Part shown: positions 22,784-35,272 of the stretch, piece after piece | How positions within the stretch are numbered: position 1 is the stretch's first letter | Layout: each line of letters starts with the position of its first letter | DNA from: Amoebidium appalachense | Taxonomy: Eukaryota > Protista > Ichthyosporea | Reading direction: 5' to 3' | DNA length: 64,000 nucleotides | Assembly: GCA_963693365.1 (NCBI GenBank) | Contig: CAVNZM010000008.1 | Span: forward strand, 3,191,572-3,255,571 | The notes under the pieces: model-generated | The model's database searches: none | What the model saw: the letters and a program-made list of their open reading frames with translations, nothing else | Told to the model about the DNA's origin: nothing | Translations under genes and position numbers: made by a program

Positions 22784-23512
22784 AAAAAAAAAAAAGACAC
22801 ACAGGCCACACACATGCTACACCGAGTCTCACAACGGTCCCACAGCAAAACGACCTGGTGCGTGCCTCTGATATACAACTACGGCTACAAGTATGCACAA
22901 CAGGACTGCCCCGTGCGCCGGCTGGCCATTGGCGAGCGCGTGATTTACCGCAACGGCAACTGCCAAGACCTGCGCGTTGAAAATCTGCTGCTGGTTCCCC
23001 AGCGCAGTGCCTCCCGCTTCGACAACTACGAGGTCTGGCTCCAGGCATACGGCAGCAACGAGACCTCCTCCGGGGGGCCCGTGTCGGCGATACACACCTA
23101 CACATACGATTTGCTGGGCCTTGGCAAACCGGTGGCCCTGTACACCTTCCAAACCTGCTGCATTGAGCACTGCCCCGCCGAGATGAGGTGGCTGCTCTCC
23201 GCGACAATATGTGCCATCGAGGGGCACGTGCCCGCCCTTTTGCATGCACTCCTCTGCTTCTTTAGCAGGGACACACCCATGTGGCTTGACATGGCTTGCA
23301 ACAACCCGCCCGCACAGGCAAGTGGGGGCGAGGCCGAAAAAAGTGTGGCGGGGAAGATCACAGAAGCTGCCCGAAAAGCAGCATTCAAACAGGCTAAGGA
23401 GGAGCTTGCCAAAAGTTTTTGCCAGCGTTGTTTATGCAGGTGCTGGGCAGTGCTAAATAAACACATGTACACAGAGTGCACCGGAGGCACTTTAAAAAAA
23501 TTTGACTACTGA
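22465..23512 (+). CDS. Protein with a degenerate HNH_3-like domain
   Basis: Exons ~22465-22495 (tentative), 22631-22710, 22805-23512. VIYRNGNCQDLRVENLLLVP parallels the HNH consensus V(D/V)HxNGxxxDNRxxNL but lacks the His. Confidence 0.55.
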
Positions 23513-23571
23513 CGGTGTCTTGACTGTGCACACACACTCTCTCCCCCCTCTCCCTCCCTCCCTCTCCCTCC

Positions 23572-23651
<80 letters not shown>

Positions 23652-23663
23652 TTTTCCCTCCCT

Positions 23664-23804
<141 letters not shown>

Positions 23805-24679
23805 TTTGTGTATATCATATATCACCAGACACACGTGTATATATACACACACACTGCACTGCACAGTTGGTTTCATGCCTGTATGCCTCATATTTGACAA
23901 TGCATCCCTACAATAGGCCACACACCCTGCATAACGGTGTATGGTATATGTACACACACAGTACTACACAGCTGGTTTCGTGCCTGTATGTCTCAGATTT
24001 GACAATGCATCCCTCGGCCTTAAGTGCCCCATCCAGTTCTATTGGTAAATTCAAACCTGCTGCTATGCCGACATTCCGGAATTTTCAATCTTTTATAAGT
24101 GTAAATCCCAGCACGTGCACTTAGCCTATGCTGCTAGGTATAGAGCCACCCACATGCACGTGTTTTATAGGGTTCGTACCGGCCCTGCATGTTTGAAACC
24201 ACCGTTTTTGCGGTGCACTACACTCATGGCCACAGTGCTTGTGCCAACTCAGTATATTTTTAGGGCCTGCTGGGCTGTTACTGAAAATAGAAAACCAAAA
24301 AAAAACATTGGAATTCTGTCGCGCGCAGAAGTCACAGTCTTGTTTCAACGGCGGAAGGCAGTACATGCCATTCGGGCTGCTGGGGGGCGGGCGGAGCTTG
24401 GCAGCGTTGTCGTGTGGGCCAGTGTGGCAATAGATCTGATTCTGCCCGCGGAGTCAGGACAATGTTATTGGCTTCTCATCACGGCAAGAATGTACCGCAT
24501 ACCTTAATCTCTCCCCTCTGATATTCTCAATGCCTGTGTGATCTTTATTACTGTCTTCGGGTAAAGCAAGAGAATGCTTTCAGAGGGTAAATGGAAAGAT
24601 TTTGAATAGCTCAATTTTACAGCTGTTGTGTCGAGTCATAAGAGTTATGGGTAGAAAGTAGTAGGTTTGTGGATAAATT

Positions 24680-24816
24680 GCTGCTCATTTTTATCGCGAT
24701 AATATTTGACCAATAATTTACTTCAATGTGATTGGTCCACAGCTTACCTTAACGTAGGTCCCTACCCTGGGTCCCTGACAAATCTGTAGTCTAAAAAGAA
24801 ACACTTGTTTGAAATC
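24680..24816 (+). repeat. 137-bp direct repeat X, left copy (right copy 30359-30495)
   Basis: GCTGCTCATTTTTATCGCG...CACTTGTTTGAAATC is present on both sides of the element; no differences found by eye. Confidence 0.95.
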
Positions 24817-25092
24817 TGTACGTTTCATATGCGCAGCAGATGAAAGATGTTTCACGGATCACTTCGGGCGCAGGCAGCCGGGCGGCCCATGACGTCACGG
24901 GCCGCGGCGCCAGGCGCAGCCGCAGCGGCGGCTGACATCGGTCTGGCGCAGCGCCTGACGTCAGGCGCCACCAGCGCCGGTATTTCCGGCGCAGCACACT
25001 GCAGATGCAGGCCACCTTCGTTTTCGCCGTGTGCTGCACGTACGGTTTTTGTTAGCACGATTGCGTTTTCGGTGGCTAGCACACGGCGGCTC
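24817..25092 (+). repeat. Split direct repeat A1 of the YR retrotransposon
   Basis: Matches 29956-30231 (CATATG vs CCTATG). Confidence 0.95.
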
Positions 25093-25096
25093 AAGT

Positions 25097-25169
25097 ATGG
25101 AAGTAGACCCAACAGACAATGGCCCTGCAGCACAGGCAGGGCAGGAGGCGCGCCCTCCTGTGCAGGACG

Positions 25170-25220
<51 letters not shown>

Positions 25221-26281
25221 TTGCCCTGACCCCTGAGCTGGCAGCGACCATTCGCATGTTTGCTTCTGAGGTGGCCAACGCGACCCGTCAGGCCCTGCAG
25301 GCCAGCCCGGCCCCCCCTTCCCAGCAAGATCTTCTCCTGCGCGCCTTCCCCCACCTCGTCAACCTTGGCGGGGGCGGAACCGGTAGGAACCCCCCTGTCA
25401 CGGGGCCCCCTGCCGCTGCGGCGGGGGCCGTGGATGCTGTAGAGCAACCCCCCGGCAACGCCAACAAGCGCCCCCGTGAGGAGGACCCTCAGGGCGGCGA
25501 CATGCACCAGCTGCCTCCGCCGCCCAATGCCCTGCAACTGGCCGTTTGGGGGGCCAGCCAGCGCAGCCAGTCGAACCCACCCTGCCCACACCTGTCCCCG
25601 GAGGTCCGGGGGGCTGCCATCTTCGAGCCTATGCAGCATTTCGCTTTGCTCGACCTGCTGCCGCCCACGGGCTCTTCTGTCCACACGCAGCGCCAGCCGG
25701 TTTCCCTGCCTGGCCTGCCTGCTGGCACGGTTGTGCTGCAGACGCCTGGCACCCAGCGCCAGCCCGCCCTGTGCCCGGACCTGCAGACCTACCTGCGCTG
25801 CATCTTGCAGCTGCTACGCCTACGCATCAACGCCGACGCCCCCGTCACGGCCCTGCTGGCCCACGCCGAGTTTGTGGCCACTGAGTTGGCACCCGAGTAC
25901 CAGTGGGCTGCCATCATGCGCTGGGAGGATGCACACCGCCGGTCGTGCGCTGCCTCTGGCCGCCCACTCGACGCACCCGACGCTGTGCAGCTGGCCGTGT
26001 CCCTGTCTGGTGCCCGCCTGCACCAGGCACCCACCGCTCCCCGCACACCCCGGCAGCCTGCCTCTGGGGGGGCCACAGCCAGCCCTCGCGCCAGCCCGGC
26101 CCCTGCTGCGGATGAGATATGCCGGGGCTTCAACACGGCCAAGGGCTGCACCAGGAAGGGACCCAACCCTTGCCGCTACAAGCACGCCTGCCTGAAGTGC
26201 GGCTCAGCGGCGCACGGCGTACACGCCTGCCCTCCCAACCCAGCCAACGGGGCGGGGGAAGGGGGGGCCAACCCGGCTTAG
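25097..26281 (+). CDS. ORF1, gag-like, with poly-Q and C-terminal zinc fingers
   Basis: ATG just after A1. Contains YQWAAIMRWEDAHRR and ICRGFNTAKGC...CRYKHACLKCGSAAHGVHAC, typical of YR-retroelement ORF1. Confidence 0.85.
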
Positions 26282-27998
26282 GGGGCCCAGCCCCCTTTCG
26301 GGCAGGGGCTGACGTCAGCGCTGGGCCTGCCCTCTCCGTTGCCCTGCGGGGCCCATGGTCACCCCCCCCAGCGGCACCACCACAGACAGTATCTGTCCCC
26401 AACTTCCGCCGTTTGTTTGACTTGTTTCCGCACCCCGACAGTGCGTTTCAGCAGGCTCTGCTCCGCGACTTAGAGCTGGGCTTCTCGGTCGGTTACTTCG
26501 GCGAGCGGGTCACCCGGGTGGGCCGAAACCACCCGTCCGCGCTGGCGGCCCGTGAGCAGCTTGCAGCCGACATTGCGAAGGAAGTGGCATGCGGCCACAT
26601 CCTGGGCCCCTTCACCCGCGACGAGATGGTGGCCCTTTATCCTTATTTTGTATCCTCGCCCCTCGGGGCAGTTCCCAAAAAGGGCGGCACGGGCGTCCGC
26701 CGCATCCACGACCTTTCCTTCCCGCGTGGCTCCAGTATCAACGATGGGGTCGATTACCCGGATCAGCTGGAGTACATCACCATCCGCACGGTGATGCAAA
26801 CAGTAGCTCGGCTCGGCCAGGGCTGCTTCCTCGGGGCATACGACGTGAAGGGTGCCTTTCGTCACGGCCCGGTGCACCCAGACGACCAGCCACTGCTGTC
26901 GTTCCAGCTGCTAGGCGCGTTCTATGTGGAGACCCGCCTACCGTTTGGCTTGCGGTCCAGCCCAGCGTTCTGGGAACGCATAGCTCAGGCCCTGCAGCAC
27001 TTCGCCCACGCCCTCAACGCCACAGAGACACAGCATTTTGTGGACGACTTCTTTTTCGGCGGCCGTACGCTGCAAGAGTGCGCCTTCAACATGCTGGTGT
27101 TTCGGTGGGTGTGCTCGAAGGTGGGTGTTACGCTTGCCGACGACAAAGTGCAGCTGCCCTCACACACGCTCATCTACTCTGGGCTCGAGTGGGACACTCT
27201 GCGCATGGAGGCCCGCTTACCTGCCGTCAAGCTGACCGAGCTCCGGGCCCTGCTAGCCGATTGGCGGGGTCGCACCAAGGCCACTGTTCGAGACCTACGG
27301 TCCCTGTGCGGCAAGCTCATGTGGTGTGCTCCGGTTGTGGCGCTGGGGCGTGCCCGTGCCTTTCTTCAACGCTTGCTTCATCTGCTGGCGGAGGCTGAGA
27401 GGGCCGGCCTAGGGCCCCACCACCACATCCGTGTCTGCGCCGACGCACGAGCCGACGTTGTGCTGTGGTCGGAGTTCCTCCCCGAGTGGAACGGCATACG
27501 TGTGCTTACCCCCCCGTGCATCACATGTTCACCACAGATGCGGCCGGCAGCATAGGATGCGGTGGCTACTGGGGTCAAGCGTGGTTTCACCTAGCATGGA
27601 CGGACCATTGGCGCACGGTCATTGCTGGCGGAGATGTGTGGGCTTCCGGGCTGTTTGAGCTGGCTGGCAGTGCCGTGGCCCTGGCCTGTTGGGGTCCCAG
27701 CTGTCGCAACAGCCACATACGCGTGCTCACCGATAACGACGGTGCAGTATCTACGATCGCGTCCCGTCACTCCCCCGTCCCTGCCATTGCCCGGGTGCTG
27801 CGTCTCATCACGCTGATGGAAATGCGCTACACGGTGCTGGTCTCGGCCAAGCACATCCCTGGCGTGGAAAACTCGATTGCGGATGCCATCTCGCGAGCAC
27901 AGTGGGCCACTTTCGACCGGCTGCACCCGTGGCACGCACCAGTCCCAATACCCGTGCCTGAGAGGCTAGCGGGGTGGTTTGCTGCCCCTCTCTCGTGA
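26119..27998 (+). CDS. ORF2 reverse transcriptase + RNase H, interrupted by a 1-nt frameshift near 27509-27515
   Basis: RT motifs SPLGAVPKK, RRIHDLS, YDVKGAFR, LPFGLRSSP, HFVDDF, YSGLEWD. RNase H motifs TDAAGSIGCGG, FELA, TDN, HIPGVENSIADAISR lie in the -1 frame after a C7 run. Overlaps ORF1 in the -1 frame; true start unknown. Confidence 0.9.
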
Positions 27999-28289
27999 TG
28001 GGGCTGGGCCGAGCCCCCTCCCCTGTTCCTTTGCCTTCGTATTGGGCTTGGCGTGTGGGCTGTGGGGGGCACCGACACCCCCCCTTCCCCCCTTCCCACT
28101 TTGTATATCGCACGAGTCATGTTCTGCAGTGGCGGCCGGGGCCGCCCCCCCCCCACTACACGAATTCGCTCAGATTCCCTCACTCACCCGGTGGAGTGTT
28201 TGGGACAATACATTACGGTCTTACGGTGTACACACGGTGTGCCTCTTTGTTCTGTGCTGGCCCGCAGTGCCAACTGCTTGTGGCGTGTC

Positions 28290-28328
<39 letters not shown>

Positions 28329-28694
28329 TTCCCTCCCCCAACCCCCCCAGCCCCACCCTGCCACCCCTCCACCCGCCCCTTCGATCGTGCATGCTTAACC
28401 TCGGTGTTACACACACATGCTCATACACACCCACTACACTAGCGCACACACACGCACGCCTACACCGCGGCTTGTGCGCGCATACCCCCCTCCCCTTCCC
28501 CCGCCCTCCCTGCCAGCGCTGCATGCATCCTCTGCCCTTTAGCTACGCCCCCCCCCCCCCCCCCCCCCCCCCCCCCCTTGTTTGCCTGCCTGTGCACCCG
28601 CTTGCCTGCCGCCCACCCCGCTCGTTGCCTTTACCCCCCCCCCCCCCCCCCCTGGGACTCTAGGCATGATGCTCACACAGCTCTGTCCCTGCAG

Positions 28695-29812
28695 GTGGCT
28701 TGCTCCCCTTTGGTGGCGACCATGGTAGGCTTGCCCAGTGGTTCACCCCCGAGGTTTTGGCCCGTGTCCCGGAGGTGGCCCGCACCATCACTCGGCTGTC
28801 AGTGGGCGACAGCACGGAGTCCTCCTACTCGTCCTACCAGCGCCAGTTTATCGACTTCATCTACGCAATGGACTGCCGCAATCCTGATGGTGGCTACCTG
28901 CCAGCCTGCCCAGCCCAAGTGCAGCTGTTCCTTGCCTGGTGCGCCATGCGTGCGGTGCAAGCCCGGACCATGCCCAGCATCGTCTCCGCCGTCAACAGCC
29001 TGCACCGCAGCTTGGGCATGGCACCACCAGCGGGCTCCGGCCAGCAGAGCCTTCAGTGGTTTATCCGCGGGGCTGGCCGCTTCCTGCTGCTGGAAGGCAG
29101 CCACCGGCCCAAACGAGTGCTCGAGCCCCTCCTCCCAGCCGACCTCCGCGCCCTCCTCCCAGTCATCCAACCGGGCTCTTCATTGGAGGCCCTGCGTCTG
29201 TGGGCTGCCCTGCTGCTTGGCAGCTCGTGCCTCCTGCGCTCGGGCGAGTTCACGTCCAAATCTGCGGCCAAGTTCAACCCCCTCCTTCACGCCAAGCGTC
29301 GCGACGTCCAGCTCCTATGGCAGGATGGCCGCCTGATTGGGGCAACAGTCTTCCTGCCGACATCTAAGACCGACCCCACGGGCAAGGGTGTTACCATCCG
29401 GGTGCCCGCCTTCCCGGAGGAGCCTTCCTTCTGCCCAGCAGCCAATCTAGCCCTCTTCCTGGGGGTCTCGTCAACCAGGGCAGGCATCCACCCAGATGCA
29501 CCCCTGTTCAGCGTCGACGGCAGCCCTTACCTCAAGAGCACCTTCATCGCCGGTTTCCGCACAGCTCTACACCATGCGGGCTACGACCCCGACCGGTACG
29601 CCGGCCACAGCCTGCGCATAGGGGGGGCCACTGCAGCTGAGAGAGCGGGCCTACCTGACGCCACCATCAAAGCCCTTGGCCGCTGGGCATCAGACGCATT
29701 CATGGTCTACATCCGGCTGCCCCACCGCGACGTGCAAGCCTCCATTGCCACCGTCTGGTCACACCAGGGCCTCGCCACGGGACCTTGGGGCGGACCCCCT
29801 ACATCGCAGTAG
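28695..29812 (+). CDS. ORF3 tyrosine recombinase (no ATG at its start; preceded by a splice acceptor)
   Basis: Catalytic motifs LRSGE, SKTD, GHSLRIGGAT, LGRWASDAFMVY; acceptor-like CTGTCCCTGCAG ending at 28694. Confidence 0.92.
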
Positions 29813-29955
29813 GGGGGCCTTGTGGTGCGGGGGGGGCTCATGGCATGGACCCCCCCTGGCGGCCCCCGCCTCGGCCAGCCCCTTGGGTGCAGGCACGACG
29901 GCCTGCACTCCACGGACACGGGGGGCATGAGGCAAGCACGAGTGAGTGATGTGAA

Positions 29956-30231
29956 TGTACGTTTCCTATGCGCAGCAGATGAAAGATGTTTCACGGATCA
30001 CTTCGGGCGCAGGCAGCCGGGCGGCCCATGACGTCACGGGCCGCGGCGCCAGGCGCAGCCGCAGCGGCGGCTGACATCGGTCTGGCGCAGCGCCTGACGT
30101 CAGGCGCCACCAGCGCCGGTATTTCCGGCGCAGCACACTGCAGATGCAGGCCACCTTCGTTTTCGCCGTGTGCTGCACGTACGGTTTTTGTTAGCACGAT
30201 TGCGTTTTCGGTGGCTAGCACACGGCGGCTC
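29956..30231 (+). repeat. Split direct repeat A2
   Basis: Copy of 24817-25092. Confidence 0.95.
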
Positions 30232-30358
30232 CCACCCACCCACCTCTCAGTCTGTATACATGACGGTGTACGTATGCGACTGTGACTGGCTCACAGCCCG
30301 ATTGCAGCGGCAATAAAGCATGTCGAGGCGGGGCCCAGCCCCGGCTGGTGCGGGGGGG

Positions 30359-30495
30359 GCTGCTCATTTTTATCGCGATAATATTTGACCAATAATTTAC
30401 TTCAATGTGATTGGTCCACAGCTTACCTTAACGTAGGTCCCTACCCTGGGTCCCTGACAAATCTGTAGTCTAAAAAGAAACACTTGTTTGAAATC
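30359..30495 (+). repeat. 137-bp direct repeat X, right copy
   Basis: Copy of 24680-24816. Confidence 0.95.
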
Positions 30496-30919
30496 ATTAC
30501 TTGAAGAACTAAAGCCAATTTTTATGACGTCACGTTTTAAAGACTACTCGATCTACACCAACATGTTACTAATTTCGAACGCTGGAACCTGTCTGTGGCA
30601 GTCTTACAGAACAAAATCGCTTCGTTACTCCATCGCAGAACTCAGATGCACACACCATACACAGGCAGCTTGTGGAAAACGAAAAGACTGGAGTGCTGTG
30701 GTTAGTTCCTGTGTGGTTCCTGCATTGAATCACCCACATACATGCATTAATTCGTCTTCTTCTGGTACCGCCTTCTTCTGGTACATATTAGCCAAGTTCA
30801 CGCATATTCCCTCTCGCTTTTGCGTCGAAGGTTAACACATTCTTATACACGCTCGCAAGCTACTAACTACAATTTTCTGGCACTGACCATCAAAGTGCAA
30901 ACAATACCCGGGACGCAAA

Positions 30920-31035
30920 ATGTGTCTGAAGGAGTGTTTGTTTGTGCTTCTTGCACTTTCAGCCATTGTCCATGGGCGGTCTATCGACCAGGATGAAAAT
31001 GCTGTTGAGGAGAGTGTGGTCGTAAATGTTCCGGT

Positions 31036-31086
<51 letters not shown>

Positions 31087-31182
31087 TGTATGCTATGGGC
31101 GTGTTCTTGTGCAGTTCTGAAACGAAAACATGCGTTGTCTGCCGTGCGCGTGCTGCTGTTGTGTGGTTCTGTCTACGAGTAC

Positions 31183-31230
<48 letters not shown>

Positions 31231-32262
31231 GCGTGTGCGTGTGTGCGTGTGCGTGTGTGTGTGTGTGGGTGTTTGTCTGTGTGTGTGTGTGTGTGTGTGC
31301 CACTGCCAGTATGTTTGTATGTGCTTGCCTCCGTGTGTGTATGCGTGCGGCGCGCGAGTGTGTGTGTGTGTGTGAGTTTGTCTGTCTGTGTGTGTCTGTG
31401 TGTGTGTCTGTCTGTGTGTGTGTCTGTGCTGTTCTGAAGAATATTATCGTATTGTTGTGTGTCCACACAGCAGTAATCACCTAGTCAATCCTCTTCATAT
31501 TTCTGCGGAATGATATATCATGTTCCCCATTCAAAAGTGTGCACGTGCTTCTGTTTACCCTGCACCAGTTTTCCGTGCAAAATGCACATGACATAGCTCC
31601 AATTTCGGCTTAATGTTTTTTCGCGATATAATTATGCATGTCTGATGCTATTTATGAAAGTCCGCCATAACGAAATAATCCAACACTGCAAATGTATGGC
31701 CCTGTGTTTTCTTCGCTGGAAATCCCTAGGCAGTCGTGAGAGCACCACACGTTTTTGCTGCTGCGTGTCATAGAGAAGCAACATCAGCTTGGAGGTTCTA
31801 ATTCAGTACCATACCCCGATAACAAAAACTGGGGAAGAAAAGTTATATGGTTGACTCGAGTGTGACACGTAGAAAATTTCAAAGGAACTGAAAACACTCA
31901 ACCGACAACCAAACACAAGTTACAGTAAATGCAAGCAGTGTGAATTTGCACATTTGCTGCGCTGGATGGGCACACCTGCATGTCTTCCGCCGAAAACAAA
32001 CATTTTTGACTGTCTGTCTGTTCTGTTGTTTCACTCTATTTTTTCCCCCAAAAGGGGAGGGGGAGAGGAAGAAGGGGGGGGGAGGGGGGGGGGGGGGGGG
32101 GGTTCACTAATGTTTTTGTAAGTAAGTGTCTAAATCTGCATGTTATCTACGGGCACAGGCAAGGACTTTTGCAAGACGACAGGCAATGACCGAAGAAGAA
32201 CTGCAAAAGCTCTTGGCCAGCCTCGGAGGTAAGCATGCTCTCATGTGTGGTGTGTACCCATG

Positions 32263-32310
<48 letters not shown>

Positions 32311-32598
32311 AGCCACAGTTACAGAGACGTCTGCACACAGGCACACACACACAATGTCTTGCATCGCGCTGGGACGCACACCCTTTGTGCATACACACAT
32401 ACATGTGCATGTCCACGATTTCATATTGCGCTGTATAGCCAAATAACACTGTAAACACACTCACTCGCTGACTTACTCACCCACTCATAGCCAAATAACA
32501 CTGTAAACACACTCACTCACTGACTTACTCACCCACTCATAGCCAAATAACACTGTAAACACACACACTCACTGACTTACTCACCCACTCACTCACTT

Positions 32599-32632
<34 letters not shown>

Positions 32633-33184
32633 CACACAGTCACTCATTAACTCACTCTACACTTACAGGTATACGCACACACGCGCGCGCGCACACACAC
32701 ACTTACACACACTTACACACACCCCTATCCCCACAGGTGCCGGCTCAGGTTCCGGTCCCGCTCCCCCCGGCGGTGGTATGGGGGATCTATCCGGGGATTT
32801 CAGTAAACTCTCTACCGACCTAACCAGTCTTTTTTCTGGCTTCGGTTTTTCAAGCGTCAACCCCGTGGGCGGCCCTCCGTCCATAATTGTACCACCCCCA
32901 CCACCTCCACCATCCCCCCTTCCCCCGGCCGTGGTTCCCCTCTCTTCCCCCCTCCCCCCCACCTGCCCCCGCCCCTGTGGACGTATCATCCCCTGCCCCT
33001 GCCCCCGCCCCTGTGGACGTATCATCCCCTGCCCCTGCCCCTGCCCCTGCTCCCGAGATGGTGTTGACAGGCTCTCCTACCTTTGGTGCTCTTGAAATGG
33101 GCGGTGAGATCCCCCTCTGTGATATTACCCCCCCCCCCCCCCTCCCGCCCCCTCCCCCCTGCCTTTCCTATCCTCCTACTACCT

Positions 33185-33215
<31 letters not shown>

Positions 33216-33724
33216 TTCTCCTTCCCCTCTCCTCCCCCCTCCTATCCTCCTATCCTCATACCACCTCCCTCCCCTCCCCCCGCCCTCCCCCCGCCCCCCT
33301 GCTTTCCCTCCTCACACATACACACACACTTAATCTCTCTCTCTCTGCCGCGCCCCCCCTCCCCCCCCCCCCCCCCCCTTCCTTCCTTCCCTCCATGCCC
33401 GAAGCCTGCCCGCCCGTTCAGATCTCGACAAAATCACAGCAACATGGTAGCATGTAGAGTGATATTAGGGGGGGAATGGCTTGGGGCCGGACTGTAATAA
33501 GATGGTGTGAATTTGCTGCTATGTATCGAGGTAGCAACGATGGATTTAGTTATCACCTAGGGTTCTGGAAGGAATGGAGAGAGAGAGAGGGGGGGGGGGG
33601 GGAGGGGAGGGGGGGCTCAGATTTGTGCATGGCCCCTGATGCACAACAGACAAGAATGGAACGGGCATTCGTTTCCCTGCAAACACATGCACATGAGTTT
33701 ACAGAAACTTGAACATTCCACACA

Positions 33725-33762
<38 letters not shown>

Positions 33763-34320
33763 CTACACCCTATCCCCCCCTCCACACACACACACACACA
33801 CACAACACACACATGCACCCCCCTCCCCCCCTCCCCCCTCCCCCCCACACACACCCACACCCACAACACATTGACACACACAATCCTCTCTCAGGCTCCA
33901 CCACTGGTATGGATGCCAGCATCATCGGGGGTAGCCCCCCAGTCCTAGGCTCAGCGTTCCCAAACGTGGGGTCCAATTCATTTCCTTCGGGGGGAAGCAT
34001 AACCGATTTTTCATCAGGGCCATCGGGCTCTAATTTCGACCAATCAGGCATGAATCCGGTCAGTTTTCCCTCAACACCGGGGGGCTCTTCATTCAACCCA
34101 TCGTCTTTGGGGGGTCCTACAGGAAATTCTATGGATACTACCAGGGCTGGGTCTCTGGACCCCTCAATGATGGGGGGGTCACCTACTGATCCGACTTTGT
34201 TGGGCGGAACCAATGGAATGGGTGGACCCGGAGGGATGCCCGGGGCCGGGGGTTTGGGGGGACCCGGAGGAATGGCTGGGTCAGCACCTGAAGAACAAAG
34301 TAGGTGCTTGAGGCTCCCCC

Positions 34321-34353
<33 letters not shown>

Positions 34354-34961
34354 CGCGCACACACACAAAAAAACACCTACCTTCCTGGTTTTTACCCACT
34401 TCTGTTAGAGTGAGGGCAACCATACACAGGCAGGAAAAGTAGATATGCGTTGCTGTGAGAAGGAGGTTGGTATTTGGGCTTGGTTAGGACAACTAATATA
34501 GTATGTGGCACAAGTATACATGCACATGCACCCAAATGCACATACGCACACGTACACAAACACACACACACACATAACACACACACGCGTGCAAGCGTGC
34601 GCGCGCACACACACACACACACACAAACACACGCACACACACACACACGCGTGCACACACACACACCAGACACCCTTCATATTAGGCCTAACACTGACAC
34701 CACCAACCAACAGAGTCCAAAACACGTGTCAATGCCGTTCAAGGGCCAAGGAAGGCCTCTTTGGAGACACCGGCCGGGGCAAAGAAAGAGCTTGCGAGTG
34801 GACGATCTCTGGGTGGTGCCGGATATGGTACGTGCAAATAGCCTTATTTGGAAAAATGCTTTTATTAGAGTTATAGGAAACTGTGTTCCAAATAGGGTGA
34901 TGTGGATATGGGTGATGCCTATTGATGTGCTGCAATTTCGGAGATGCGTCAAAACGCACGT

Positions 34962-35028
<67 letters not shown>

Positions 35029-35230
35029 TTCGCACACAAACTCATGACTTGCCCCCCCCCCCCCCCCCCCCCCCCCCCTCCCCCCTCCCCCTGCGTGCGA
35101 GGATGGGCTCTGCTTGTTATGTATACTATTGATGTGCTCTGCAATCTGCATTGTGGTGCCCGTCATCCATGTGTACTTCGTACTCCTTTTGCATTCTTAC
35201 CCTCCCCCCAGCACCCTTTTATTTTTCTTC

Positions 35231-35272
<42 letters not shown>

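Larger units (their letters stand above)
24817..30358 (+). mobile_element. Ngaro-type tyrosine-recombinase retrotransposon (DIRS order), young
   Basis: ORF order gag-like, RT, RNase H, YR. 276-bp direct repeats A1 24817-25092 and A2 29956-30231 with one mismatch seen. No methyltransferase domain. GC-rich relative to flanks. Confidence 0.92.

Noticed and set aside
23862-24013. 48-bp imperfect direct repeat
   Set aside because: Local tandem duplication with no element hallmarks.
26240-26285. Programmed -1 frameshift between ORF1 and RT
   Set aside because: The frames overlap suitably but I found no canonical X XXY YYZ heptamer; left unresolved.
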